Source: Vicugna vicugna (taxonomy: Eukaryota). Taken from it: 64,000 nucleotides of DNA. Below are positions 1 through 12,699 of this stretch, piece after piece. Below the pieces are notes generated by a model that saw nothing but the letters and a program-made list of their open reading frames with translations, made no database searches and was not told the DNA's origin. Position 1 is the first letter of the stretch; every line of letters starts with the position of its first letter. The position numbers and the translations under genes are program-made. The stretch lies in the NCBI GenBank assembly GCA_013265495.1, contig MU061538.1, forward strand, positions 434,001 to 498,000. Reading direction: 5' to 3'.

Positions 1-872
1 TGTGGCCCGGCTCCCTTCTAAGCACCAGGGGGTTCAGGGCAGCCGCACAGCCTGCTCCGAAACTCCAGGACAAGCACGTTCTTGTGCCTTTTCACTTCCT
101 GAGGGAATCCTCGCGTCCCCTCAGGCTCAGGTGGGAAGAGGACCTGCCCCCTGGCAGGATCGTTCAGGACTTCACTCACCCGAACGAGATCAGTTCCCGC
201 TCATGTTGTCCCTCGGGTTTGGAAGCTGTGACGGGCCCCCCCGGAGGCCTGGCCTCTCGACGTGGCTGGGGTGTCACGGTGTCCTCGGGCCTGGGCCTCT
301 GTCCTGAGGTCCCTGGGGCTCCAGGAGGCCTTCCTGGAGAAGGTGCCGGGGTGGGTTCTGAAAGATGAGCAGGAATTACTCGAGTGAAGGAGCCTGGTGT
401 GGGGGTGAGAGGCAGCCGTGGGCAGGAAGGTCCAGGAGAGAAGGGGAATGTGGTGTGTTTAAGGGGGTTCACGAGGTGGGCCCGGGGGGGGCAGGCCGGG
501 AGGTGGGGATTACCCACTGGGTGGGAATGAGCCTGACGCGTCATCCATCAGGAAAGCGAGCCTGTTGCTGGCTGGGGACTCGGGAATTCTCAGGTGGGAA
601 TGGAAAGCCTTTGAAGGTTCCCCACGAGGTTTCCTGCGGTCAGACTTGCGGCCCAGCACTCTCACTGCGGCTTCAGAACAGGAGAGGTGTTGGGAGCGGG
701 AATTCCTGCAGCCAGGAGAGCAGGGCGGAGTCTGCGGGGATGTCCGGGGGCATGGTCGTTGCGGTGGGAGAGAAAAAGGTGGGATGGCCAGAGCACTGTT
801 AGCAGGGTGCACAGTAGGGCGTGGTCAGACTATCGGGGTGTGCAGACGGGAAGGGCCACAGCTAGAGGTTCT

Positions 873-1084
873 GGCCTGGGCGTCACGGGGACGGAGGCCT
901 GGACGTCACGGGGACGGTGGCCTGGACATCACGGGGACTGTGGCCTGGACACCATGGGGACGGTGGCCTGGACGTCATGGGGATGGTGGGCTGGACATCA
1001 TGGGGACAGTGGGCTGGATGTCATGGGGACGGAGGCCTGGACGTGACGGGGATGGTGGCCTGGATGTGACGGGGACGGTGGCCT
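873..1084. repeat. 23-bp minisatellite (VNTR), about 9.2 copies, consensus GGCCTGGACGTCACGGGGACGGT
   Basis: Unit starts at 873, 896, 919, 942, 965, 988, 1011, 1034, 1057 and 1080, an exact 23-bp period. Confidence 0.95.
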
Positions 1085-1449
1085 CATGTGTTGTCTCCTC
1101 AGGACAGCTGAGCACTTAGCCCTGGGAATCTCGGTCTGGTTTTTTAACTTCAGGCAAAATGCCTTAGACTCTGTCGCAGGAGTGTCACAGCCCTGGTGAA
1201 GCCCAGTAATGACCGTGAAGTGTCCTGTGTACAAAGTCCTGGTAGCAAGTCTAAGTGGAGAGAACGTTGTGTGTTGACTTCAGTAATCGGTGTGTGATTA
1301 GTTCACTTTGGGGCTGCGGAGCGGCCCGTCATAGCGGTGCTGGTGTGCATCCCAGGGATCACAGCTCCAGGGAACACCTGCTAACGAGTGCAGATGCTGG
1401 CAGCTCACACTCGTTTCTGATGTAAAAAGCAGTGAATGAGGTGCCCCTA

Positions 1450-2260
1450 GATTCCTGTGACGTCCGTTCAGAATGTCCAGCATACGATCAAAAAGTACTA
1501 AGCATGTGAAGGAGCAGGAAAATGTGACCCGTAATGAGAAAAAGAAAGTCGCCGATAGACACGGACTCTGAGACGAGCAGCGAGCGCTTGACGTGCTGTC
1601 ACAGACGCGTCCCAGGGCTGGACGGGGAAGTGGGGTCCTAACGAGGGGACACACGGGGAGCCTCATGGGAGAACGAAGGCTCTGCCAAACACACGTAGAG
1701 GGTTTAGGAAAGAAAAGCACGTGCGAAATTGTAGACATTCACCGGGTGGATGTGTCAGCACGCGAGGCTGCAGCGTGAAGGGCTGGCAAACCTGAAGGAA
1801 GACCGGGGGCATATCCATCCTGAAGAACAGAGGAAACAGTGAAAACTGTGACAGAGCCTCGGCCTCACATGCCAGAGGAATCCCAGAAAGAGAGGAGACA
1901 GACGGGACCGGGCGGGGGAGGAGGGGTGCACAGCCCTCCCCAAAATTTGTGAAGGAGGGAGCACAGAGGTCTCCAGGCAGGGTGAATGAAGAGGACTGGC
2001 CCGAGAACGTTGCAGTCCACCTGCTCAGGGGTCCACGCAGAAGGTCTCCAGACGCTGGGAGGAGAGACCCCGCTTCCTGAGCAGCGGTGACACGGACGGC
2101 AGGGGCTTCATCTCAGCGCAGAAACAGCAGCAACCAGGAAACATTTAGCATCTTCAGAATTCTGCAAGGGGGAGAAACAGTCGACCCAGAGTTACACATC
2201 CATCAGAAATCTTCTCCCAAATAGGGTGAAATGAAGCGTTTTCATGTCAGCCCGTCGTGA
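1450..2260 (+). mobile_element. Ancient L1M 5'/ORF1 remnant
   Basis: aatgtccagcatacgatcaaaaagtactaagcatgtgaaggagcaggaaaatgtgacc and ggaatcccagaaagagaggagac resemble old L1M ORF1 consensus as recalled. Purine-rich and heavily degenerate. Confidence 0.6.
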
Positions 2261-3214
2261 GCGAGTCTGCGGCTTTGGCCCAGGACCCACCCAAATGCCA
2301 GAGGAAGCTCTCGTGAGGGGAGGGAGGACACGCAGTTGGAAACCCAGATCTGAGGGAGAGTGGGGGGCCCAGAAATGGCAGATTCTCGGTGCTCCAGGCA
2401 GCAGGGCGGAGCATGGGGCGCAGCGGGGAGGAATGGGAGGCTCCCACAGCAGAGCAGGAAGGGGCTGCCTGTGCTGGCACCGTCCGTAGCCACGAGAATA
2501 AGCCACAGACCACAGGACGGAGACCTGCAGACGCCCAGTCACGTGGTCGGTCCATGCGGGTGATGCAGGAAGGCTGCGGTGCAGACGGACTGTGTGTCCG
2601 GGCGTCCCCTCCAACCCTGGAGAGGAGGACAGAACACGGTCCTCATGCCTGCCGTCTGTGGCTCCATGCTTGATCTCCTCGTGTTTGGCGGTGTTTACAT
2701 TAGAACCAATACAGTCTTGAGAGTGTCTGGTCTGGACGAGAAACACCAGTGCCTGCTGAAAGGAGGGGTGAGGTTCTGAGGAGCGGCCCCGAGATGCGGA
2801 TTAACTCTGATGGGAGCTCAGTCATGTTGACACAGAGAGGCCCGGCCGACACGGCCCTCTCATGGCACGGAGGTTCGCGCGCCCGCAGCGACGGGACAGG
2901 CACCCAGCCCTGACGCACCACCCAGGATACGCAGCACCTCTGCGGGGCTCTTGCCCACGTGCGAAACCTGCTCTTATCGTGAGACAGGCTCGGATCGAGG
3001 GGCACGACAGAGCATAACTGAGCGGCACTCTTTAGAAACATCGGTGCTACGAGAGACGCGGGAGGCTGGCACGTTACCCCAGTGGCAGTGCTTAGAGACA
3101 CGACAGCTGAACGTGGTGCGTGACCTGCGCGTCCAGCTCCCCGTACGAAACGCTGCTGGATAGGTGTGCACACCTGGTGCCTCGTCACTGCTCATCTCCT
3201 GATCTTGATAATCG

Positions 3215-3495
3215 TGCAGTGATTCTGCAGGAGAATGTCTTTGTTTCTGGAAGATGCACACTGAAGTTTTTAGACTAAAGGGCTGTCGTGTCTGCACTTT
3301 CCTCTCAAATGGCTACTAATGATGGAACAAAGTGTAAGTGCAAATGCAAATGCAGGGGGAGTTTGGAGGAGAGAGGGAGGTGTGATGTGAGGGCAGTATT
3401 GGGGAACCCGGATGAAGGGAACACGAGGGTCTCGCATGAGATTCTCACAGCTTTTCTGTGAACCTGACATATGTCAAATAAATGTTTTTTAAAAT
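3215..3495 (+). mobile_element. L1ME-like 3' UTR fragment
   Basis: gcaggagaatgtctttgtttctggaagatgcacactgaagtttttag...ggatgaagggaacacgagggtctc...ttttctgtgaacctga...aataaa is typical of L1ME 3' ends. Confidence 0.65.
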
Positions 3496-3598
3496 TAAAG
3501 TAAGTCAATTGAGGGTAGCAATAGAAAATCAGGGCCAGCTGAAACTGGTTCCCTGCCGGTGAAATCGGTGGAATTCCTGTTTCACGCACCTGCTTGTA

Positions 3599-3909
3599 CC
3601 GCTGGCCCTCGGAGTCCACAGGGGACTGGTTCCAGTACCCCTCGTGGTACCAGAGTCCGCGGGTGCTCAGGTCCCTTCTGTGAAGTGGGCAGTGTTTGCA
3701 GAGACCCTCCCACATCCTCCTGTGAACTTCACGTCACCCCAGACCACCTGTTATCCCTGATGCACCATAAGTGCTGTGTGAACAGTTGCTGCTGTGCGGA
3801 AAATTCAAGTTCTGCTTTTTTGGAACTTTCTGGAATTTTTTTCAAACATTTTCAGTCCTCGGTTGGTTAAATCTGCAGGTGTAGAGTCCAGAGACGCGGA
3901 GGCCGGCTG
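3599..3909 (+). mobile_element. MER2/Tigger-family (TcMar) non-autonomous DNA transposon
   Basis: The left end is ccgctggccctcggagtccacaggggactggttccag, after a TA. The interior has aaattcaagttctgctttttggaactttctggaatttt. The right end is cggttggttaaatctgcaggtgtagagtccagagacgcggaggccggctg, a degenerate inverted terminus. Confidence 0.8.
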
Positions 3910-4099
3910 TCACGGCAGGAGCCCGTGACGGCGCTGAGCGCAGGGGCCGTCGGTGGTGAACACCAGTCACTCACTGAATTCAATTACCGACGCTGAACTC
4001 CTAGCAGTTTCCCACAGATAGCCTTACTCGTACGTAGAAGTGAGGTTCTGTGGAATTGCCCGTGAGACGTTTGCACAGCACTTGCAGCTTCTGACTCAC

Positions 4100-4420
4100 T
4101 CATGACTCGCAGAGGTGCCGAGGGCCATGGACGCGGCGCGAGCCCTTTGGTCCCCGCAGAAGAGCGGCCCTGGAGTCAGGGCGGTAGTCTGGCTGCCGGC
4201 TGAGCCGCCTCTCCTGAAGGGCCTGCCTGGCCTGTCCTGGGAGGCAGAGCCGGCGCGAGCACCGACCCGTCTGCGGTCCTGCTCGGGCCGGGCTCGCGCG
4301 CTCCTCGGCGGAGCACACGCTGGACCGCCGTCCAGGAGTGTGTCTGTGACCTGAGTGACCCCCGAGCCCCTGCCCCTCCCCGCCCCGCCCCCCGCGCCTG
4401 GTGTCAGCCAGAATTATGCC
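4100..4420. promoter_or_regulatory. Intragenic CpG-rich patch with GC boxes
   Basis: Dense CpG (gcggcgcg, ggcgcgag, ctcgcgcg). There is a CCCCGCCCC GC-box run at 4378-4393. Confidence 0.5.
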
Positions 4421-5919
4421 GGAGCAGCGGGTGTGCGTAGCAGGCTCGTGTCTGGAGGGTGCTGTTTGGCTCACAGACTCGCTGGGAGGAATGGGGCCCC
4501 ACCCCCGGGGACACGGAGACCACGTCCCTGAAACCCTGTCTGGCTGCGGCCCCACAGCTGCCACAGAGAATCTTGATTTCCTTGTCCTCCCCCGGTCCCC
4601 CCAAGCCCAGGCGGGAGGGCCAGGCTCCGCGCCTGCACCCTCGCGGGAAGGGAGCCGTGGTCTGGCTGGGGCAGGGAAGCTGGCCTGCCTTTTGCCTGAA
4701 GAAACCTCTGAACACGGGAGGCAGACGTGGTGGGAGACAGAGGCTTAACTCCCACGGAAGTGCTCACTTCATCCGCAGAAGAGCTTGTCCTGGGAGCAGG
4801 CCAGGAAAACGCAGCTTCTCCCTCTCTTCACTTCCACACACGTGTTGGCCTCCCTGGGAGCCTGACCCCGGGCAGGTGTCCAGCTCCTTCCTTGCCCCTT
4901 GGTCCACCTCTCCTAGGGAAGCCCCTTCCGGAAGGAATGGCGTTGGCGGAAATCTTGGGCCCTCCACGCTCACCTGCCCGCCGCCTGCCTGGGCTCCCCG
5001 GCCTGCAGAGTCCGCGCATGCGGGCAGGAGAACACGCCCCTGGAGGACGGTGTGTGGCTGGGCACGGGGGCTCTGGGGAAGGGTCCGGACGCACGGTGCT
5101 ACATCTCTGATGAAACGCTAGTAGGTCGGACCCCACTTTAACTGCTACTGCTTAACACCCTGTGCTGGGGCTGTTTCACAGTTGTGGCTGCGTGGGCTCC
5201 TGTTGGAAGAAGGTGCAGGCCCCACCCTGGTACCTGCCCAGGACGTGGCCTCCCTCCGTGGGCCCCGAGCACACTCTGCAGACCATCGGGCTGTCCCTGA
5301 GGCAAAGCAGGAGCTGACTCCCCAACTCTGCCCTCTGTTCGTGGAGGGCACAGGTATCCCATCTCTGGTGGTGGCTCCTGGGCCAAGAGCCGTGTCCAGG
5401 GCAGAGCATGCAAGCGGGACTCAGCCCCACAACGCTGTGGGAGCTGCTTACACCTGGTGCAGGCGGAACATGGTGCGGGCGATGGTGCGGGGAGGGCCCT
5501 GCATGCCAGGCCCAAAGAAGAAGGCTGCCTCCAGCACCGTGTCGGGGACAAGGAGAGGTCAGGGGACTGTTAACAAATGTGTTTGACAAAGGTGGCAAAT
5601 GTGGAGAAGAGTGGCGTCTGGGTGTGAACCAGGACTAGCCTCACCCCAGCAACGGCAGCTCCCTGAGGCTGCGCAGAGGAAGCCAGCCAGGCACTCGTCA
5701 CCCCAGGCCCGAGCTGAGGCCCAGGCCTCCAGGAGGCCGCAGTGATGGGGGTCCCTTAGGATTGGCACCTGGTCTCCTGAAGCCCGTCCAGGGTGCCCAC
5801 CAGAGGAGCAGGAAAGAGCAGAGTGTTGGCTAGCAGGGTGGCCAGAGCACAGGGACCTGGTTACGGGGCTAAACGGAAGACACCCGCTTTTCCTCCTTTA
5901 TAACTTTCTGCGAGGCCCC

Positions 5920-6040
5920 CATGTCCCTGGGGCTGGGTTTCCCGTCTGAAGTGGGCATGTGGGCTCAGCTCCTGCCCCGTGTTCCAGGCATGCTGGGGAG
6001 GCTGAGCCACCGACACGGTCGGAGCCCTTTCCCTGCAGCC
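5920..6040. mobile_element. MIR core fragment, GC-shifted
   Basis: tccctggggctgggtttcccgtctgaagtgggcatg aligns by eye to the MIR core tctctgagcctcagtttcctcatctgtaaaatggggat. Confidence 0.45.
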
Positions 6041-9000
6041 GGTGTGCGAGGCGGGGGGTAAATAGACACGGAGGTACCGTGCGACAGAGCCTCGGCGCTA
6101 AGGCAGGTTAGCACACGAACGCAGATCCAATGCGGGCACCTCGCAGAAGTACCCGGAGCTTGATGAAGGCTGCACCAGCGCCGCAGTTACAGGGCAGCTG
6201 CTGGAATTATGACAAAGTGTGAAATACGTTTTGTAGGGACATAATCCTCTCATCTCCGGGAGAAGGGGTTTTATAATTACTCGGAAAAAGAGAAACCTGG
6301 GGACGTGTTTGAAGCGCGCAGAGAGGGGCTGGCCAGGTTTCCCTCCACGGTCTCCTTTGCAAACATCATCTCGTTGTTTCCTGCCTGTTCTCGTTTGGAC
6401 CGTGACGACTGGGGCTTGTCTCTCTGGGGCCTGGCCCGGGGGCCGGCTAGGCGTGCGGTGTCCTGAGTCAGCGCCTCACTGGGACAGGGCCCAGGGGACG
6501 GCTGTGCACGAAGCGTCACACATGGGAAGCCCCGCCCTGGTGCCCCCGGGTTTCCTCCCGCGGGGCAGCCCCCAGTCCCGGAGATACGGGTCCACCGGCA
6601 GCTCCAGGGGGCCTGGGTGGGGCGGGGACCCTCCAGGAGCCGACCTGTCATGGGCTGCCCTGACAGCGGCTTCCAGCGCAGCAAACACAGACGTTTAGGC
6701 TTTCGGGACTCTGAAAATTCTGGAAGCGAGTTGACCCAGTAAACTGAGATCCCACACACAGGGCCTAGCACCCTGGTGGCACATCCGCATTTGCTGTGTC
6801 CCTGGTGACCTTCGCCTGAAGTGTTTTCATCACCTAAGATGGCGGGAATCCCAGGTCTTAACTGGGCAAAGCTGGGTGAGCTGGACACAGCACAGCTCCT
6901 GGTGCTCGGGCAGAGGGCTTCCTGCCCTGGCGTCACCAGCAAACCAGGGACACTCTCCGTGGCCTGGAAATCTGATGCCCTGTCTTCTCTGGGGGCTCAA
7001 GAGTGTAACTACCCCCACGGGAGCAGGGACACTGCTGTTGGCCGTCCAGTGACGGCTCTGCCATGGGACTGAGCCTGGGGTCCCTGTGAGCCGGTCCCTG
7101 TGAAGGGGGCCTCGGAGGCCCTCCTGGGACAGGGGTCCCAGGTCAGAGCCACCATCGGGAGGAGCGGCTGCCTGTGCTGGACGCTGCAGTCAGAGAGGAC
7201 GTCCTCGGCCGTGAAGCCCAGGATTCTTCCTGTGATGCTTCAGCTGAGAGTCTCTCCTTGCAGGAGTGGAGGGAGGAGAGGGACGGTGTTCCCATGAGAG
7301 CCTCCCCACGGGTCCCCGATACCGTCCTTCCTCCTGTCCTGTCCGTGAGGGGGTTCCCCGCTGAGACGGGGCAACACTCACGACCGTGGACCGCTCTGCC
7401 CCCCGCCCCCAGCACAGCCTTTGGCTGGGATTTCCAGAGCCCGCTGTTCCTGGTGGTCCTTCCCTCCCAGCCGTGGGCTCTAAGAGGCCCCAGCGGAACT
7501 GCCAGTTGTCTTTGGAGGGTTTGTCTTCACCCAAAGGAGGTGATCTCACTTCGCCCTCTGCCTCCCTCGCTGGCCCTGCGGGTCAGGGCCGTCTGCAGAG
7601 GTGACGGCCTCTCCGAGTTTCTGGCTCCGTCTGTCGGATGGGGGGAGGGACTCGGGCCTTCCGAGCTCTGCTTTGCCCCAAACGATCTGCACAGAGTCTT
7701 CAGAGGTTGCCTCCGGCTCGGCGTGGACCCGCCGGTGCAGGGGAAAGATGTGGAGGGTGTTTTTGCATTTCCAGCTAAGGGTGGCTGGCGCCTGCCCTCC
7801 ACCTCCTCTGAAGGACCAGCCCCTGTCCCCCCTCCCCAGACACGCCCGCTGGCCCGGTCTCTCCTCGGCCCAGGGCTCGTGGTCAGGAGTCCCCGCTGTG
7901 CCCCTGCACCTCCCTGCCCCTTGGGGGGAAGCCTCCTGGGGCTTATGTGATTCCTGCAGCTTGGGGTTAGAAGGCGTTCCCCGTGCTCTGCAGGGTGTGG
8001 GGGTGAGATGAAAATCCGAGCGATGTTTTATTTATAGACCTGCATTGAAACACACGCCGTTTAGGCTAAACTGTATGTTGAGGCCCGCTTACAAATGAAT
8101 GTCTCCATCTGAGTCAACGGGCTCTGGGGTCTTTATTGCAATGGCTTTAAGGAGAGAGGAAATCGTGACTGCGGTGGTGGGGAGCCGGGGGGGCGGCTGG
8201 GCCCAGGGCCGGCGGATACGGCCGCATCCCTCGCTGTGTGGCTTTTCATTTTGCTCTAAAGCAGAGCAGGTAGGTTTTTGTAAGCGAGCGGCCTCGTGGA
8301 TTAGCTGTGTTATTTGTGACTTAGTGAAGCAGTCATTGAAATACTGAAAATGTTTTCCCGACTCAGCTGACTGTGGTGCCGCACGTGCACACAGGTGACG
8401 TCCCTCCCGTGCTGCCTCACGGGTCTGGAAGGGAAGACCGTAATCTTCCCCCGAGGCTGCCCTCTCCCCAGCAAAAGGGGCTCCCGGAGAGCGAGATGGA
8501 AATAGGACTGCACCTGCTGACTCGTCTCCAGCTGAGAGGAGGCTGTCCTGTATAATGAGCACCTGCCTGGGGGTGCAGGTCTCCTCTGTGCATCCCACCC
8601 TGATTTTCTTTGCAGAGCTGCTCAGACGACCCACCACTGGCCTCTCGTACTGCAGGGCTGTGGCCCGGAGGTCCACTTTCTTCTTTGCTGCGTGTCAGCA
8701 CGTGCAAGGGCCCTGAGGCAGGGTGAGGAGCCAGCCAGAGCCCAGTCCTTCTGTGGGCACCCCTCCCCTCTGCCCCGTCTCCCAGCTTCTAAAAATTGAA
8801 AATTAAAAGTCCTGTGTTGAGATGTTAGACATGGAACACCAGTCAGTTGAACTGGAAAATAATATTCACACTTGAAAATTCTCCGGAACATTCTCTAGGG
8901 GTAACAATCTCTGCGCCATAGATGTGCTTTTCCCGAAGTTCTTAAGGCACTTGAACATCTGCCCAGGGACTCCTGCACTTCAAACGAGAACCACTGAGGC

Positions 9001-10930
9001 TTTATCTTATTTTTAATTGGCTTTAGGTTTAGAGCAGTTGTATGTTTACAGAAAAATTGAGTAAAAAGTGGAGAGAGTTCCCATATACCTCCTCTCCGTC
9101 GTCTGGATGCACCAGTTTATCAGTCAGTGTTCGATCCTGGCCGTTCTGATAGGTGTGTAGTGGTATCTGACTGGTCTGATCTGCGTTCCCTGATGCCACA
9201 CGGTGTGGAGCGTCTCTTCAGATGTGCTCGTTTGCCGTCTGTGTATCTTCTGTGCTGGGGTGTCTGTTGAGGTCTTTGACTCGTTTTTTAACTGGGTTCT
9301 TTGTTTTCTTGCTGGTGAGCTTCAAGAGTTCCTTATATACGCTTTTAGTGTATTTCTGTGTATTTTGCACACATACAAGTCTGTTCTCCGGTGTGTCTTT
9401 GGCAAATACTGTCTCCCGGTGTCTGGGTTGTCTCTCCGTCCTCTGCAGTGTGTTCTGCAGACGGAGTCTCCGCTGGAACGAGGGCCGTTGGCAGCTGTGC
9501 CTCCGTAGACCGTGCTTGTGCTGCTGTGTCCAAGGGCCGCCGCCAGGCCCCGGCTTCTCCTCTCTTGTCGTCTGGAAGTCGCGTCGGTTTGCGTTTTACA
9601 TTTGGGTTTAATTTGGGGCTAACTTTTGTGAGAGGTGTGGGGTCTGCGCCCGGGTTCGGCCTCGCACGTGGACCGTGGCTGGGCCGCCACCGTCTGAGGG
9701 GCTGTCCTCCTTCCCGAGTCACCTCGGCTCCTTTGGGAGGTCAGCGGGCACTGTTTGCGCAGCCTGGACTCGTGAAGTGTAGGGATGAGGTGGTTTTGGA
9801 ATTTCAGCACCTGCACCCTCTGCCCAGAACACACCGTGGGAGGGGAGGAGGCGGGCCCATCCCCCGCAGGCCATGGGACCCCGCGCTCACCCTCCCTGCT
9901 CCCTGCGAGGGGCTGACCAGGGGCCGCTCGCTCCTTGGAGCCTCAAAACCGCTTTCCTTCCTCAAAGTCCGGCCCCGAGCTTTTCTTGGAGGAGATGTCG
10001 CCGACAGCCCTCCCTGCTTCTTCACAGCTACCCACGCAGGTCTCTCTTCACGCTTGGCCAGCTTGGCGACTTACGCTTTCTTTGCTCGTGGCTCAGTGCC
10101 TGAGGAGTTCCGGGCTCTCCTGCTGTAAGTAGCATCGTTAGCTCGTTGCCCTTTCGCTCCCGCTGGGCCTGTGGGTGTGTTTCCTTCTTCATTGTCCGTT
10201 TTTGGTGATTTCTGGCTTGCAGGTGTCTTCTTGTCCCCTGTATCAAACCCCTGCAAAGAGTTCATGTGCTTTTCCCTAAAATCGAGCTCTTGGGTTTACG
10301 CATCCTTGCATCTCCCTTGTGCGGGTTATTCATTTATACCTTCATCACCTGCTTCCAGTCCTCCCTGAGTGGTAGCTGTCCGACTCCCTAACCGGCGGCC
10401 TGGTTTTGCGGGGCCGCTCATTCCCGTGGTAGGGGAGTGTCGGCGTCCCGCCTGCTGCCGTGGGGCGCGCCCCACCTCCCCCCGGCTCAGGTCTGTCCAG
10501 CCCCATCACCAATGTTTTCTAAGGACCCGCAACCATAGTTTTGATTTTTGCTCTGACCTGAGACTCACTGAAGAGTGTGCCTTTCAGTGCCCAGCTGACT
10601 GGAGGGTTTATTTTTCTGGGGTTATAGATTTCCGATTTTATTAGGTTATGATTCGGGAATGCAGCCTGGGAATTGCAGAGGCCTGCCCTCAGGCCCATGT
10701 CTGCTCAGCCGTGCGGGCGTCCCGTCGCCGTTTGCGCTGGTTGTCGTGACGACGTGCGTATGTGTTTGCCGTCTTGTCTGCGCTCGCTCCACCCCCCACG
10801 CTTCCTTCCGGTTCTTTCACCGTCTGCCTTGTGCCTTGTAGATCCTATTGGCTTCCTGTTCTCGAGTGAGTTGGAACCTGTATTCACTGCTTTAAGTTCT
10901 TCAGACTTTTCAAAACTCGTTTGGATCTGC
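9001..10930 (-). mobile_element. Old L1M 3' end plus ORF2 remnant, antisense to PTPRN2
   Basis: It begins with the reversed tail tttatcttatttttaattggctttaggtttagagcagttgtatgtttacagaaaaattgag. It continues with ctggccgttctgataggtgtgtagtggtatct and ttgtttgtcttgctggtgagcttcaagagttccttatata-like ORF2 reverse-complement motifs. Confidence 0.8.
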
Positions 10931-11484
10931 GTATTTCTAACGATCACCTTCAGGAGTCAAACAAATTCCCTCGTGTCAGGAGTGCATCGAGGTCACCTGG
11001 CCCCCACACTGGATGTGGTGGAGGCCTGGTTTAACATCAGCTTCACCTTATCAAAAACACGTCTCTACCTGTGTCGTTGCTAATAGCTTTAAAAAAAAAA
11101 TTGTGAGAAAACTCAGAACCTGAAACTGCGGCTGTGTGTCTGGAGAGAAGGCTCTTGCGGGGACAGGCTCAAGGCCTCGTGGCTGAGAGTTGTCAAAAAA
11201 TGTGTTGATGAGGGAATGTGGCTGTTTAGATGTGTTTAATAAAAACACTTTCGTCAGATTTCACTGCAATTTGCTTTGGGAAAGCCAATTACATAGCGAA
11301 ACTGGTGGAAAATCTTATTATTATGAGCTCCTAGCCCCTGCTCTCCCTGCTCACTTTAATGTCTGGAGATGAACGAGCAGGAGACAGATTTCTGTGTCTC
11401 CGACGCACCAGGGTCCCTCCCTCCCCCGTCACTGACTGAGCGAGCGGTTTGCCAGGACCCACGCATGGAGAATTGTTGAAGATA

Positions 11485-11647
11485 NNNNNNNNNNNNNNNN
11501 NNNNNNNNNNNNNNNNNNNNNNNNNNNNNNNNNNNNNNNNNNNNNNNNNNNNNNNNNNNNNNNNNNNNNNNNNNNNNNNNNNNNNNNNNNNNNNNNNNNN
11601 NNNNNNNNNNNNNNNNNNNNNNNNNNNNNNNNNNNNNNNNNNNNNNN
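11485..11647. other. Assembly gap (163 N)
   Basis: Run of N. Confidence 0.99.
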
Positions 11648-12699
11648 ACATAGCTTTTACCGGCCTGTCATTATTGTCACCGTGCAGCAGAGCCGTGCCT
11701 CCCTGAAGCCCAGGATGCCGGGCAGAGGAACGCCTCCTTTGTGTGCTCGGCCGAGGTGGAAGACGAGGCCTCGAGAGCCTGTCTTGGGACCCCGAGGTGT
11801 GGGGTCTGCCGCCCAGGACTCGCAGTTTCCATGGAGAGGATGGCTCCCCAGCGCGCACTCTTGCGCCTGAGCCTGGACCGTGTGTGATGCTTCACTTAGC
11901 AAAGGCAGTAAAGAGAGAGACGCGGGCTGGGAGTGAAAGCAGGGGCTCCAGGCTCCCGCTGCAAGGGCCACGCGTGGGTGGAGGGCAGCCCCGGGTTTGC
12001 ACTGGTTTTGAGGGGGTCGCTCCTTGGATCCGAGCGAGTGCCCTGCTGATGAGGTACCGCGACCCATCTCGGGACCCGGCATGGCAGTGCCTGGCACGTT
12101 GTCTCTCGTGCCCCCAACGACTGCTCGGGGCCACCCTCACCTCCCTGCTCATGACGAAGGTGGTAGGAGGGGGTGTTTGTCATGCTGAACCTTCTCTGTG
12201 ATCCAGTCCTGAAGCGAGAAATGGCCTAGAGGCCTGGCTGGACCGCCCACGGCTGCACAGAGAACCACTGGTCTGAGAGCAGGGATGGCTTGGGGTGTGG
12301 CCCTTAGGGCCAGCGTTGCTCCCCCGAGGAGCTGGATGCAGACGGAGTCTGCAGGGAGATGCGGGTGGCGGGTGGCGGGACCCAGTCCAGAGCCGGGGCG
12401 CTGGGCGTCGGGTGGGAGTGCTGAAGTCCTGTCTCCCTGCCCAGACAGGCGCTCCTGCGGCCGTCTCACGCGTTCACTCCTCTGACGCTGTTATACACGC
12501 TTACCGGCAGTTACGCTCAGCGTGACATAAAACTGCTGTGTTATCTAGTGTCTACCGTACCTCGTATTTAGCAGTCCACACGGTTTTGCTCAGAGCCCAC
12601 TGAGCTAGCTGACCTTCCAGAGTGTGGAGCAGTCAGGAGTGGACAAGGGCTTCCCGGAGGGTGGCTGGCCTTCCGTTTCATCACTGAGAGAACCAGACA

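Noticed and set aside
565-1119. ORFs with repeated GRRPGRHGDGGLD motifs
   Set aside because: These are translations of the 23-bp VNTR.
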